Shown here: positions 39,752 through 49,792 of the stretch, piece by piece
Layout: the number at the start of each line of letters is the position of its first letter
Position numbering within the stretch: position 1 is the first letter of the stretch
Assembly: GCA_036170275.1 (NCBI GenBank)
Contig: JAVHOU010000223.1
Span: forward strand, 12,294 to 76,293
Reading direction: 5' to 3'
DNA length: 64,000 nt
From: Ignavibacteriaceae bacterium
GTDB lineage: Bacteria > Bacteroidota > Ignavibacteria > Ignavibacteriales > Ignavibacteriaceae
Notes under the pieces: model-generated
The model's database searches: none
Told to the model about the DNA's origin: nothing
The model's input: only the letters and a program-made list of their open reading frames with translations
Made by a program: the position numbers and the translations under genes

Positions 39752-42094
39752 TTATTTTGCTTTCTTTCTAAAAATTCTTTTCTTTCCTTTTGATTCAACA
39801 GCATTCTTTGCAAGTTCTACACATTCTTCAAAAGTAAAAGAAATCGGTTCACGATCTTTTGGAAGTTTTACATTTTTCTTTCCGGCTTTTAAATAAGGTC
39901 CCCATCTGCCATTAAGAATTTGATACGTTGGATCTTCATCAAAAACTTTAATGAACTTTTCAGCATCAGTAACTCGTTTTGCTTCGATAACATTAATTGA
40001 TTCTTCCTCAGAAACTGTATGCGGATCATATTCTTTTTTCAATGAATAAAATTTTCCATCGTGTCTTAAGTAAGGACCAAATCTTCCTATTGCAGCTACA
40101 ATTTCTTTATCCTCAAATTGTCCTACAACTCTTGGAAGCTTGAATAATTCCAGAGCTTCTTCAAGAGTTATTAATTCTAATTTCTGATCTCGTCGTATTC
40201 CGGCATATTCAGGTTTTGCTTCAGGATCATTCGGATCAGTTAATTGAGCTACCGGACCAAATCGCGCCATACGAACTGAAACTGTTTTTTTTGTTTTTGG
40301 ATCAACTCCAAGAATTCTTTCACCGGAAGCTCGTTCACTTGTTTCCGTGGTATGTTCAACTATATCGTGAAATGGAAAATAAAATTCCTTTAACATTTTT
40401 GGATAACTCATTTTTCCCATTGCTATTTCATCAAGTTCATCTTCAACCTTAGCAGTAAATTGATAATCCATAATTTGCGGGAAATGCTGATTGAGAAAAT
40501 CCGTAACAATCATCGCAATATCAGTAGGGAAAAGTTTTCCTTTGTCAGCGCCGGTAATTTCGGTTTTAATTTCTTTATGAATTTCTTTCTTCTTGGATAA
40601 ACTAAAAACGCGATACTCTCGTTCTGTTCCCATCCGCTCATCTTTATGAACATAACCACGTTTCTGAATCGTGCTGATGGTTGGAGCATAAGTTGAAGGT
40701 CTTCCGATTCCAAGTTCTTCTAATTTTTTAACAAGGCTTGCTTCGGTGAATCTTGCAGATGGACGTGTATATCTTTCAGTTGCAACTATTTCTTTCATAT
40801 CAAGTTTCTGACCAACTTCTAACGGAGGAAGAATAGTATCATCTCTATTTTCACCATTCTCATCATCAGAATCTTCAAGATAAACTTTTAAAAATCCATC
40901 AAATTTTATTACCTCACCTTTTGCAGTAAGAACATCATTGTTGCCTGTTATTTTTATTTTTGCTGTTGTGCGTTCAATATCTGCATCACTCATTTGTGAA
41001 GCAATTGCACGCTTCCAAATTAACTCATATAAAGCTTTTTCATCTTTAGGTCCTTCCACAGTTTCTTTATTGAAATCAGTGGGACGAATTGCTTCATGCG
41101 CTTCCTGTGCGGTTGATGATTTAGTTTTAAATTGTCTCCTCTGTAAATATTGTTTCCCAAAATCATGTTTGATGGTTTGTTCTGCAGCATCGAGAGCAAA
41201 ATCCGAAAGGTTAACAGAGTCGGTACGCATATAAGTTATCTTACCGGCTTCATAAAGTCTTTGAGCAAGCAGCATTGTGCGGGAAACTGAATATCGTAAC
41301 TTTCTTGCGGCTTCTTGTTGCAGAGTTGAAGTATAAAACGGTGCAGCCGGCGAGCGTTTAACAGGTTTCTTTTCAACATCCTCAACAATAAAATCCGAAG
41401 TTGAGCAGCTCTTTAAAAACTCTTGAACTTCTTTTTCATTTTTAAGATATCGTGCAAGTTCTGCTTTAAGATTTGTCTTATTGCCATTTTCATCCGTTAC
41501 AATAAAGTTTGCAATAATTTTAAAGTGGGATTCAGTAACAAAGGAATCAATTTCGCGCTCACGTTCAACAATTAATCTTACTGCAACAGATTGAACTCTA
41601 CCCGCAGAAAGTTTTGATCTAATTTTTCTCCAAAGAATTCCAGAGATTTCAAATCCAACTAAGCGATCTAAAATCCTTCTTGCCTGCTGGGCATCAACAA
41701 GATTGTAATCAATCTTTCTTGGATTTTTAACTGCGTTAAGAATTGCAGTTTTTGTTATCTCATCAAAAACAATTCGCTTTATCTTATCTTCATCAAGCTC
41801 AAGTGCTTCTTTAAGATGCCAGGAAATTGCTTCACCTTCGCGATCCTCATCAGTTGCAAGCCAAACAACTTCAGCTTTTTTAGAAAGTTTTTTTAACTCT
41901 GCTACAACTTTCTTTTTATCTTCAGAAATTTTATAAAGAGGTTTAAATTTATTTTCAATCTCAACTCCTTTATTTTTCTTTTCAAGATCACGAATGTGTC
42001 CGTAGCTTGAAGTGACTAAAAAATCCTTCCCCAAATAACCTTCAATTGTCTTTGCTTTTGCGGGAGATTCTACAATAACTAAATTTTTTGGCAT
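39752..42094 (-). CDS. topA: DNA topoisomerase I
   Basis: MPKNLVIVESPAKAKTIEGYLG from ATG 42094 (the track TTG at 42175 adds 27 unlikely residues). TOPRIM DEDREGE. Active-site region YMRTDS. Confidence 0.95.
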   Translation of the reverse strand: MPKNLVIVESPAKAKTIEGYLGKDFLVTSSYGHIRDLEKKNKGVEIENKFKPLYKISEDKKKVVAELKKLSKKAEVVWLATDEDREGEAISWHLKEALELDEDKIKRIVFDEITKTAILNAVKNPRKIDYNLVDAQQARRILDRLVGFEISGILWRKIRSKLSAGRVQSVAVRLIVEREREIDSFVTESHFKIIANFIVTDENGNKTNLKAELARYLKNEKEVQEFLKSCSTSDFIVEDVEKKPVKRSPAAPFYTSTLQQEAARKLRYSVSRTMLLAQRLYEAGKITYMRTDSVNLSDFALDAAEQTIKHDFGKQYLQRRQFKTKSSTAQEAHEAIRPTDFNKETVEGPKDEKALYELIWKRAIASQMSDADIERTTAKIKITGNNDVLTAKGEVIKFDGFLKVYLEDSDDENGENRDDTILPPLEVGQKLDMKEIVATERYTRPSARFTEASLVKKLEELGIGRPSTYAPTISTIQKRGYVHKDERMGTEREYRVFSLSKKKEIHKEIKTEITGADKGKLFPTDIAMIVTDFLNQHFPQIMDYQFTAKVEDELDEIAMGKMSYPKMLKEFYFPFHDIVEHTTETSERASGERILGVDPKTKKTVSVRMARFGPVAQLTDPNDPEAKPEYAGIRRDQKLELITLEEALELFKLPRVVGQFEDKEIVAAIGRFGPYLRHDGKFYSLKKEYDPHTVSEEESINVIEAKRVTDAEKFIKVFDEDPTYQILNGRWGPYLKAGKKNVKLPKDREPISFTFEECVELAKNAVESKGKKRIFRKKAK

Positions 42095-42256
42095 TATATC
42101 TTCTTTTATTTGAAAAAAACGCTTGCAAATTAACCGATAAAAAAAACAAAATTCAAAATCATTATTTTTGAACAATAGTATATTATTAGAAATTAGTTCG
42201 TTTTATTGATAAAAAAATTATTAATATTTGTTATTCAAATCACAATAATTGATTAA

Positions 42257-42505
42257 ATGACCTTAGCAGAAGCAAATAAATTATTTATTAAACTATTGGC
42301 AGTACCATTTATTCTGCTGATAAAAATTTATCAGTTATTAATATCGCCGCTATTTCCTTCATCCTGCCGATATACTCCAACTTGTTCACATTACACTTTG
42401 GAAGCATTAAAAAAATATGGAATTTTTAAAGGCGGTTGGTTGGGAATAAAAAGAATTTCAAGATGTCATCCCTGGGGCGGAAGTGGATATGATCCGGTAC
42501 CCTAA
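42257..42505 (+). CDS. yidD: membrane protein insertion efficiency factor YidD
   Basis: [29 protein letters not shown]...G..L...RI.RCHPW..GGYDPVP. Confidence 0.9.
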   Translation: MTLAEANKLFIKLLAVPFILLIKIYQLLISPLFPSSCRYTPTCSHYTLEALKKYGIFKGGWLGIKRISRCHPWGGSGYDPVP

Positions 42506-42530
42506 AATAATTTATTACTTTCGCTTGTAG

Positions 42531-42591
42531 CTCAGACTTTAGTCTGAGAATAAGAACCCATTTATTCAGAAATCGCAGAATGAATTCTGCG
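42531..42591. repeat. two family C hairpin words between yidD and mtgA
   Basis: ctcagac-ttta-gtctgag (42531..48) and cgcagaat-ga-attctgcg (42574..91). Confidence 0.5.
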
Positions 42592-42602
42592 TTACATTTA
42601 TT

Positions 42603-43322
42603 ATGACAAAAAAAACATCATTCAAACAGAAACTTTTCAGAATCTTTAAATGGATATTGAAGTTTGCACTAATTTTCTTTGTTTCAACTGTACTTCTTGT
42701 TTTTGCAATGAGATGGATTAATCCTATCACAAGTTCAATTATGATTCAACGACAAATTAAAACAATATTTACAGGGCAATTTGAATTTGTTAAGTATCGC
42801 TGGGTTGGTATTGATGATGTTTCTAATTATGTGCCGATTGCAATTGTAGCAGCAGAAGATCAAAATTTTCCAAATCATTTTGGATTTGATTTTAAGCAGA
42901 TTGAAAAAGCGCTTAAACAAAATAAAAGAGGGAAAAGAATTCGTGGTGCAAGTACAATTACACAGCAAGTTGCAAAAAACTTATTTTTATGGGAAGGAAA
43001 AAGTTTTGTGCGGAAGGGGATTGAAGCTTACTTCACAATTCTCATCGAGTTGTTGTGGGATAAAAAAAGAATACTCGAAGTTCATATGAACATAGCGGAA
43101 CTTGGAGAAAATATTTTCGGGGTTGGAATAGCAAGTCTTGCTTACTTTAATAAGCCGCCGAGTAAACTAACAATTTCACAGGCAGCATTATTAGCTGCAG
43201 TATTGCCAAATCCAATTAAGTATTCAGTAGCCAAACCTTCCGGTTATGTAAGAGGAAGACAAAACTGGATAATCAGGCAAATAAATTCCCTTGGTGGTCC
43301 GGAATATTTGAAAGACATATAA
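42603..43322 (+). CDS. mtgA: monofunctional biosynthetic peptidoglycan transglycosylase
   Basis: AAEDQNFPNHFGFD, GASTITQQVAKN, RILEVHMNIAELG. Confidence 0.9.
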   Translation: MTKKTSFKQKLFRIFKWILKFALIFFVSTVLLVFAMRWINPITSSIMIQRQIKTIFTGQFEFVKYRWVGIDDVSNYVPIAIVAAEDQNFPNHFGFDFKQIEKALKQNKRGKRIRGASTITQQVAKNLFLWEGKSFVRKGIEAYFTILIELLWDKKRILEVHMNIAELGENIFGVGIASLAYFNKPPSKLTISQAALLAAVLPNPIKYSVAKPSGYVRGRQNWIIRQINSLGGPEYLKDI

Positions 43323-43511
43323 CAAGAATTGCCAAGTATAAAATTTTTTAATTATAGCTATCTGTGGATTTATTATACTTAATTGCTTAAGTTCATAATA
43401 GAATTTCAATCAATATATTTGGGATATGAAAACTCTCTCTTCAAATACAACATTTCAACTAAACTTTTTTAAATACATATCTATATCAAATCAATTAAAC
43501 ACGAGGTCATT

Positions 43512-46500
43512 ATGAAAAATTTTTTGTTTACAATTATTGCTCTATTAATTTTTAATATATCGTTTGCACAGACAAATTATTATGTTGCAACCACAGGAAG
43601 CGACGCAAATGATGGCAGTCAAGCACTGCCTTGGGCTACAATTGAGCACGCAGTAATTTCTGCAGCTAATCCCACTTCTGAGGTTATAATTATAAATGTA
43701 GCAGATGGGATATATGATTTATCTAATAATACAATAGATATAAATCGTGCATTTACAAATCTTACAATTTTAGGGCAGAGTACTATCAATACAATAGTTC
43801 AATCAGCCGCAGATACAACATTATCAACTTCAAGAGTATTTAAGATTTATGCAGGCAATACGGTTACATTAAAAAATATGACAATTAGATATGGACGTGC
43901 AAATAATGATGGTGATGGATACACTCATGGCGGCGGAATTTTTAATCTAGCTGGGAATTTGACAGTTGAAAGTTGCCTAGTTACTCAGAATGTATCCGGC
44001 TCAACAGGCACAGGTTATGGTGTCGGTATTTCTAATGTGAGAGGCACACTAATAGTTACAAATTCAACTATTAGTCATAATACAGGTGCTGTTTCTACAA
44101 CTTTACCGTGTTATGGTGGTGGGATTGCCTCAATTGATGGTAGTACAAGCATTTCCAATTCCACAATTAGTTTTAACACAGCACCAGGTGGAGGAGGGAT
44201 CGCAATCATTTCTGGAGAAGGCAATTTAGATAGTTCAAGTTTTTCAATCACTAACTCAACCATTTCAGAAAACAGAGCATACAATAGTTACGGCGGTATA
44301 AGAATCTCACGTTGGGGTCCTGGTAATTCCAAAACCATTACTGCGAGTTTTAACAGTTGTACAATATTTCAGAATTATGCTGGAATAGATCAACAAAATC
44401 TTGGTTCATATGGTGGTGTTGCAGTTAATTCAGAATTAGTTACTACAGGAATTCAAACAAATATAAAGAATTCAATTTTTGCTGGTAATAAATCAACAAA
44501 TAATATTGATCTTTCATTTCAAAGTGGTATAGGTATTATTAACTCAGATGGCTATAATATTATTCAGAAGTATAATGGAGAAGCAATTAGTGGTCAAACA
44601 AATAATGGAATTGGTTTAAATCCAAATTTATTACCACTTGCTGATAATAACACATTAAACGGTACTCAGACTTGTGCTATACCAGGCAATAGTCCTGCAA
44701 GAGATCAAATACCTGCACTCTCCCCAAATGGTGCTCCTCTTTTAGATCAAAGGGGCTACAAGAGAGTTGGTAATTATGATATTGGATCTTATGAATATCC
44801 AACTCTCAGAGCGAGAGTTCAGTTAGTCCATAATTCAGCAGATATCTTAGCAGATACAGTTGATGTTTATGTTAATGATTCTTTAGCTATAAATAACTTC
44901 GCTTTTAGAACCGCTACACCATTTATTGATTTACCAGCAGGTGAAACTTTAAACATAGGATTTGCAGCTGCAACCAGTACATCAGTAAATGATACCTTAA
45001 AGAATTTTCCTGTTGTTCTTACAGCAGAAGAAACATATGTAATATTTGCAAATGGTGTCTTGGATTCTAGTTTATATGCTCAGAACCCCGATGGCAAATC
45101 AACAAAATTTACATTATTTGTAAAAGATATGGCTCGTGAATTAGCAGTAGGATCCGGTGTGGACTTTTTTGCATTACACGGATCATCAGATGCACCCACA
45201 GTAGATGTGAAAGTTAGAGAATTAGGTAGCACTACGATTGTTGACAATGCTGCCTACGGAAATTTTACTGGATATCTTAATGTACCGGCACAAAACCTCA
45301 CTTTAGATTTATATCTAGGTGATGGAACAACTTACATCGCAACTTTTGCGGCTCCATTATCAGGATTGGATGGAGGTTCCGCAGCTGTATTTGCCTCGGG
45401 ATTCCTTAATCCAACAGCAAATCAAAATGGTAAAGCTTTCGGATTGTTTGCTGCATTAGCGAATGGTACCGTAATTCAGTTTCAACCTGGACTTTCCGGT
45501 GATTATTATATTGGGGCGCCAGGTACAGGTCCCGGCGGAAGTAATCCTCAATTTGCTACAGTAAGAGATGCCTTCCAGACTCTTAATAATTTTGCATTTG
45601 CAGGTAATTGTACTTTCTATATTACCAGTGATATAACAGAAACATACACTCCCGCAGTTGGATTAGGTTTAGCAATAAATCCAGAACCATATACAGTCAC
45701 ATTTAAACCATATACGAGTATTCAACCAGTAATCACTCTTGCTTATCCAACAGATCTTAATTCTGGCCCTTCGGGTGCATTAGTTATAGGCATCCCAATG
45801 GAAAATAATATTTCATGGAATGATTTACGTACAACAAAAAATATTGTTATCGATGGTTCAAACACCGTTGGCGGCTCTACAAGAGATCTTACAATACAAA
45901 CTTCACTTACTGCTAATAGAAATGCATTCCCGCTTACAATTGTTGGTGATGTATCCAATATGGTTGTGAAGAACACAAACATTTATTACAAAGCTCAAGG
46001 TGTCAGTGCTTCAGGAAATCTTTTTGTTAGTGCTGTTACGTTAAGATCAAGAAATTATCTTAACAAGAATTGGGTTCCAAATAATATTTTGTTTGAAAAT
46101 AATCATATCAGTGCAAATTTTGATGGAGTTGTTCAGAGCGCACAAGGGTATGGATGTTATCAGAGCGGAACTCCTAATGTATTGAGCTATCCAAACAACA
46201 TAACTCTTAAAAATAATCTGATCGAGGGTAAGAGAAGAGCGATTGCACTTTACAGAGCAGGCAGCCACGATATTATTGGTAATGAAATAATACTTAACCA
46301 AAATATCGGATTCAACATTTCTAACGAAGCCATTTACGCTGTTGATGTTGATACTAATTCTGTTGTTAATATTTATAACAATAAAATATCCAAAGTATCT
46401 TCATTAACAAATGCAGCTACATTTGGCAATACAGCTATTAGTATTGAAACTTTTGGTACATATAATATTTATAACAATATGATTTATGGATTCGAACTTA

Positions 46501-47591
46501 CTGCTGCAAATCCTGTTGCTTACGTTAGAGGAATCAAAAATAATTCAGCATCTGCAACTTTAAATCTTAACTTTAATTCTATTTATATGACTAACCTTGC
46601 AGATATTGGAACCGGGGCTGTTACATATCAGGGTATTTTAATTTCTAATGGCACTAATGAGCTTAAAAATAATATTGTTATAAGTGATGAGCCTGGTTTT
46701 ACATCATATTGTATTTATAGAGATTTAGCACTTGGAACATTAACATCAGATTATAATGATTACTATCCTGTAAGTGCAACCAATGGTAACGTTGGATATT
46801 CTGATACCGCAGCTGCCAAAACATTAGCAGACTGGCAAACTGCTTCATTGCAAGATGTTAATAGTTTAAGTGTAGATCCACAATTAGTTTCTCCATTGGA
46901 TTTACATTTTACAAACGTTAACACTCCTTTATTAGGCAAAGGAATTATGGTACCGGGAATAACTACGGACATTGACGGTGAATTAAGAGACAGCATTCCT
47001 GAAATTGGTGCAGATGAATTCCCGGGATTAATTCCTGTTGAACTTTTTTCATTCAGCGCAAATGTTGTGGATGGAAGAGTTCAATTAACTTGGAAGACGG
47101 CAACGGAACTAAACAATAAAGGTTTCGAAATCCAGAGAAGAAATAAAACCGAATTTGAAACAATTGGATTTGTTGCTGGTAATGGTACTACAACGGAATC
47201 TCGTTCATATAGTTTTGCAGATAATAACGCAACCGGCGGTAAGTATACTTACAGATTAAAACAATTAGATTATGATGGAACTTCATCATACTCTAATCTT
47301 GTTGAAGTTGATTTGACTGCGCCTTTGCGATTTGATCTTGCGCAGAATTATCCGAACCCATTTAATCCGGCTACAACAATCGTATTTCAAACTGCTGAAC
47401 CAGTTAATGTAACGCTTAGCATTTACAATATGCTTGGTGAGGAAGTTACTGTTTTAATAAACAATCAATTCACAAATGCCGGTCAGCATAGTGTTCGTTT
47501 CGATGCTTCAAGCCTGGCAAGCGGAACTTACATTTACAGAATAACTGCAGGGAAATTTGTTCAGACAAAGAAAATGATTCTACTCAAGTAA
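43512..47591 (+). CDS. very large secreted parallel beta-helix protein with a DUF4397-like region and a T9SS C-terminal sorting domain
   Basis: Signal peptide. YYVATTGSDANDGSQALPWATI start of pectate-lyase-fold proteins. Repeated N.S/T beta-helix turns. VQLVHNSAD..VDVYVND is DUF4397-like. C-terminus NYPNPFNPATTIVF...GTYIYRITAGKFVQTKKMILLK. Confidence 0.8.
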   Translation: MKNFLFTIIALLIFNISFAQTNYYVATTGSDANDGSQALPWATIEHAVISAANPTSEVIIINVADGIYDLSNNTIDINRAFTNLTILGQSTINTIVQSAADTTLSTSRVFKIYAGNTVTLKNMTIRYGRANNDGDGYTHGGGIFNLAGNLTVESCLVTQNVSGSTGTGYGVGISNVRGTLIVTNSTISHNTGAVSTTLPCYGGGIASIDGSTSISNSTISFNTAPGGGGIAIISGEGNLDSSSFSITNSTISENRAYNSYGGIRISRWGPGNSKTITASFNSCTIFQNYAGIDQQNLGSYGGVAVNSELVTTGIQTNIKNSIFAGNKSTNNIDLSFQSGIGIINSDGYNIIQKYNGEAISGQTNNGIGLNPNLLPLADNNTLNGTQTCAIPGNSPARDQIPALSPNGAPLLDQRGYKRVGNYDIGSYEYPTLRARVQLVHNSADILADTVDVYVNDSLAINNFAFRTATPFIDLPAGETLNIGFAAATSTSVNDTLKNFPVVLTAEETYVIFANGVLDSSLYAQNPDGKSTKFTLFVKDMARELAVGSGVDFFALHGSSDAPTVDVKVRELGSTTIVDNAAYGNFTGYLNVPAQNLTLDLYLGDGTTYIATFAAPLSGLDGGSAAVFASGFLNPTANQNGKAFGLFAALANGTVIQFQPGLSGDYYIGAPGTGPGGSNPQFATVRDAFQTLNNFAFAGNCTFYITSDITETYTPAVGLGLAINPEPYTVTFKPYTSIQPVITLAYPTDLNSGPSGALVIGIPMENNISWNDLRTTKNIVIDGSNTVGGSTRDLTIQTSLTANRNAFPLTIVGDVSNMVVKNTNIYYKAQGVSASGNLFVSAVTLRSRNYLNKNWVPNNILFENNHISANFDGVVQSAQGYGCYQSGTPNVLSYPNNITLKNNLIEGKRRAIALYRAGSHDIIGNEIILNQNIGFNISNEAIYAVDVDTNSVVNIYNNKISKVSSLTNAATFGNTAISIETFGTYNIYNNMIYGFELTAANPVAYVRGIKNNSASATLNLNFNSIYMTNLADIGTGAVTYQGILISNGTNELKNNIVISDEPGFTSYCIYRDLALGTLTSDYNDYYPVSATNGNVGYSDTAAAKTLADWQTASLQDVNSLSVDPQLVSPLDLHFTNVNTPLLGKGIMVPGITTDIDGELRDSIPEIGADEFPGLIPVELFSFSANVVDGRVQLTWKTATELNNKGFEIQRRNKTEFETIGFVAGNGTTTESRSYSFADNNATGGKYTYRLKQLDYDGTSSYSNLVEVDLTAPLRFDLAQNYPNPFNPATTIVFQTAEPVNVTLSIYNMLGEEVTVLINNQFTNAGQHSVRFDASSLASGTYIYRITAGKFVQTKKMILLK

Positions 47592-47614
47592 TCATCACTC
47601 TTATTTTAGTATCA

Positions 47615-47642
47615 AGCCCCGTGTTATACGGGGCTTTTTTTA
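47615..47642 (+). terminator. rho-independent terminator of the T9SS cargo gene
   Basis: agccccg-tgttata-cggggct followed by ttttttt. Confidence 0.8.
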
Positions 47643-47696
47643 TGGAGATTAATTTTGTTGAATGTTAAAATCAAAACTATCGATCTAATCTAAAAT

Positions 47697-48437
47697 TTAT
47701 TTGCTGTCATTATTGTTTTCAATCATACGAATATCCCTTACTGTAACCATCTTTTTCTTTTCATCAACTTTAAAGATGATGCGCCATTTTCTGTATGATA
47801 AAACATAAAATTTATCTTTGACAGAATTTGTTTTTAGTAATGATATTCTTTTTCGTGCTGTATCTGTTGGATTAAACTCCAATTGTACCCGGGAATAATT
47901 TATAAGATTAATTTTTTCGGTTTCCAATAATCTTAATGCGTGCTCTTTAGCTTTTTTTAAAAATTTGATTTGATAAATATTTCCCAGATCAGTTTTTGCC
48001 CAGCCGGTAGCAGCATCAGGGAAGGAATCGGAATAGGGGAGATATGGTTTTATATCAATTATTGGAGTGCCGTTAAGTATATCAGATTCTGATATATAAA
48101 TTTTTAATCCTTCCACTTTTTCTAATTTAACACAGCTTAATCCAATTTGATTTGGGCGGTACGGAGCGCGCGTAGCAAAGACTCCAACTTTTTTTCTTGT
48201 ATGCCTTGGCGGAGTAACTAACGGCTTCCAATTTTTGTTAAGATGAAAAAAGTAAATCACCCAAATTCTTTCAAAGCCTTCAAGATATTTTACTGCCTGC
48301 TCAAAATTTTGATGCGGATTAAGAGTAATTACAGAAACATCATTGCCTGCTAATATTCCTTGTCTCGGAGTTTCATATCGATGTTCAAGTTTTGATTGCA
48401 CAACACCGATTGGATTTATTATTAAGTAGCTGGTCAA
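47697..48437 (-). CDS. trmO: tRNA (t6A37) N6-methyltransferase TrmO/TsaA (YaeB family) with a C-terminal extension
   Basis: INPIGVVQS..YETPRQG, GVFATRAPYRPNQIGLS, LNGTPIIDIKPY. The start is a TTG and uncertain. Confidence 0.82.
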   Translation of the reverse strand: MTSYLIINPIGVVQSKLEHRYETPRQGILAGNDVSVITLNPHQNFEQAVKYLEGFERIWVIYFFHLNKNWKPLVTPPRHTRKKVGVFATRAPYRPNQIGLSCVKLEKVEGLKIYISESDILNGTPIIDIKPYLPYSDSFPDAATGWAKTDLGNIYQIKFLKKAKEHALRLLETEKINLINYSRVQLEFNPTDTARKRISLLKTNSVKDKFYVLSYRKWRIIFKVDEKKKMVTVRDIRMIENNNDSK

Positions 48438-48595
48438 ATTAATCCTATAAAATTATTTCAAAAGTAATTTACTCGGAAAAGTGTTTAAAGAAAACAAATA
48501 AAAACTTTATTAAAGATTAGATATTCCCGGGTAAACTTATTGAGAGTTAAAAAATAGTTAATAGAAAGGATTTCGTCTTTTGGAAAATTAATGAC

Positions 48596-48638
48596 AAATA
48601 AAAAAGGTGCTGCCGAAGATAAACAGTTGCAGCACCTT
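48596..48638 (-). terminator. rho-independent terminator of the cytochrome operon
   Basis: Minus sense: AAGGTGCTGC-(15 nt)-GCAGCACCTT followed by TTTTATTTG, 19 nt after the stop at 48657. Confidence 0.7.
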
Positions 48639-48656
48639 AGAGTTACTTGGGGGCTA

Positions 48657-49286
48657 TTATTTCACAAGATTCATTTTTTTTGTTTGTGCAAATTTACCGG
48701 CTTGCATTTTTGTAAAGTAAATACCGCTTGCAACTCGGCTTCCGTGATTATCACTACCATCCCATGTTACTTCATAATTACCCGGCTGATATAATTCATA
48801 ATCAACAAGGCTTCTGATAAGGTTACCCTGGATGTCATAAACTTCCAACTTAACTTTTTCTGTTTGAGGAAGTGAAAACTTAATCCTCGTTGATGGATTA
48901 AATGGATTAGGATAATTTTGACTAAGGACAAATGATGATGCAGATCCACCAACTACTTCCACACCCGATGGTTTATGTGGATCACCATGGCATGGAGTAC
49001 ACTCCATCTTTGTCATAACATTATTAAATACAGCGCTTCCGTGACAACCTAAACAAGCTGTTAATGTAGCAGGATCAGTATAAGTAGAAGTAAATGAACC
49101 AGCAAAGAATGCATTAAGTAATTCAACTGTTTTCGCAGCAACATCACCGGTAATTCGGGCACATCTTTCTTTTCTCTCAACATCACTTACTTTTTTCTGC
49201 GCAACAATGCACCACTGTGTTACGGATGCATGGCAAAGTGGACTTCCGGAGACATTTTGTGGTAGTTCCAGATCATAATTGTGCAC
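48657..49286 (-). CDS. C-terminal part of a split-Soret-type cytochrome c-like protein: end of the C_GCAxxG_C_C domain, two CxxCH haem sites and a T9SS sorting domain. In frame with the ORF upstream.
   Basis: PLCHASVTQWC...CARITGDV. CLGCH and CTPCH. NYPNPFNPSTRIKFSLP...GIYFTKMQAGKFAQTKKMNLVK. The only possible start is a GTG with no SD, two codons after the upstream TAA. Confidence 0.6.
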   Translation of the reverse strand: MHNYDLELPQNVSGSPLCHASVTQWCIVAQKKVSDVERKERCARITGDVAAKTVELLNAFFAGSFTSTYTDPATLTACLGCHGSAVFNNVMTKMECTPCHGDPHKPSGVEVVGGSASSFVLSQNYPNPFNPSTRIKFSLPQTEKVKLEVYDIQGNLIRSLVDYELYQPGNYEVTWDGSDNHGSRVASGIYFTKMQAGKFAQTKKMNLVK

Positions 49287-49292
49287 AAGATA

Positions 49293-49775
49293 TTAACCAT
49301 TTAATGCAACCTGATTTGCCTGAGTTGTAGGCAACTCGGCTTGAGTGTACCAACCCCAAAGTTCTGAAATAAGTGGAACTGAATCTGCTTTTGAAGTAAC
49401 AAGACTAATAAGTGCTGCCCCACCATTTAAACATCCACATAAAATGCCCCATGAATTACCACCACCACCTCCATACAACATTATTTCCATCGGAAGATTA
49501 GCCCATGGATCGGGTAGTGCATTTGCAAGCGCTGTTGTAATTCCTCCAAATGTACCAGCACAACAGGCTTTGCCACCATAGTATAAACTATGAGCTTGTA
49601 TTCTTACTGCTTCAGGATCCAGTTGAGTGTAAGGCCAGGGCCAGGGAGTTGCTAATGTTTTTGCATGTGTATTTGCTGTCGTAACAAGGCTGGAAATTCC
49701 AGCAACAGCAGTCATTCCAACTGCAGCTTTCGAGGCATTCAATAGGAAATCTTTTCTGGTAACGTTCTTGTTCAT
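49293..49775 (-). CDS. N-terminal part of the same protein: Tat-like (RK) signal peptide plus the first half of a C_GCAxxG_C_C redox domain
   Basis: MNKNVTRKDFLLNASKAAVGMTAVAG..., GGKACCAGTFGG, WGILCGCLNGGAALISL. SD ggag. Ends at a TAA that is in frame with 48657..49286. Confidence 0.6.
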   Translation of the reverse strand: MNKNVTRKDFLLNASKAAVGMTAVAGISSLVTTANTHAKTLATPWPWPYTQLDPEAVRIQAHSLYYGGKACCAGTFGGITTALANALPDPWANLPMEIMLYGGGGGNSWGILCGCLNGGAALISLVTSKADSVPLISELWGWYTQAELPTTQANQVALNG

Positions 49776-49792
49776 TTTTTTACTCCATTCTT

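Noticed and set aside
49293-49295. In-frame stop as a selenocysteine or pyrrolysine recoding site
   Set aside because: The codon is TAA, not TGA or TAG. No SECIS-like hairpin context is relevant to TAA.
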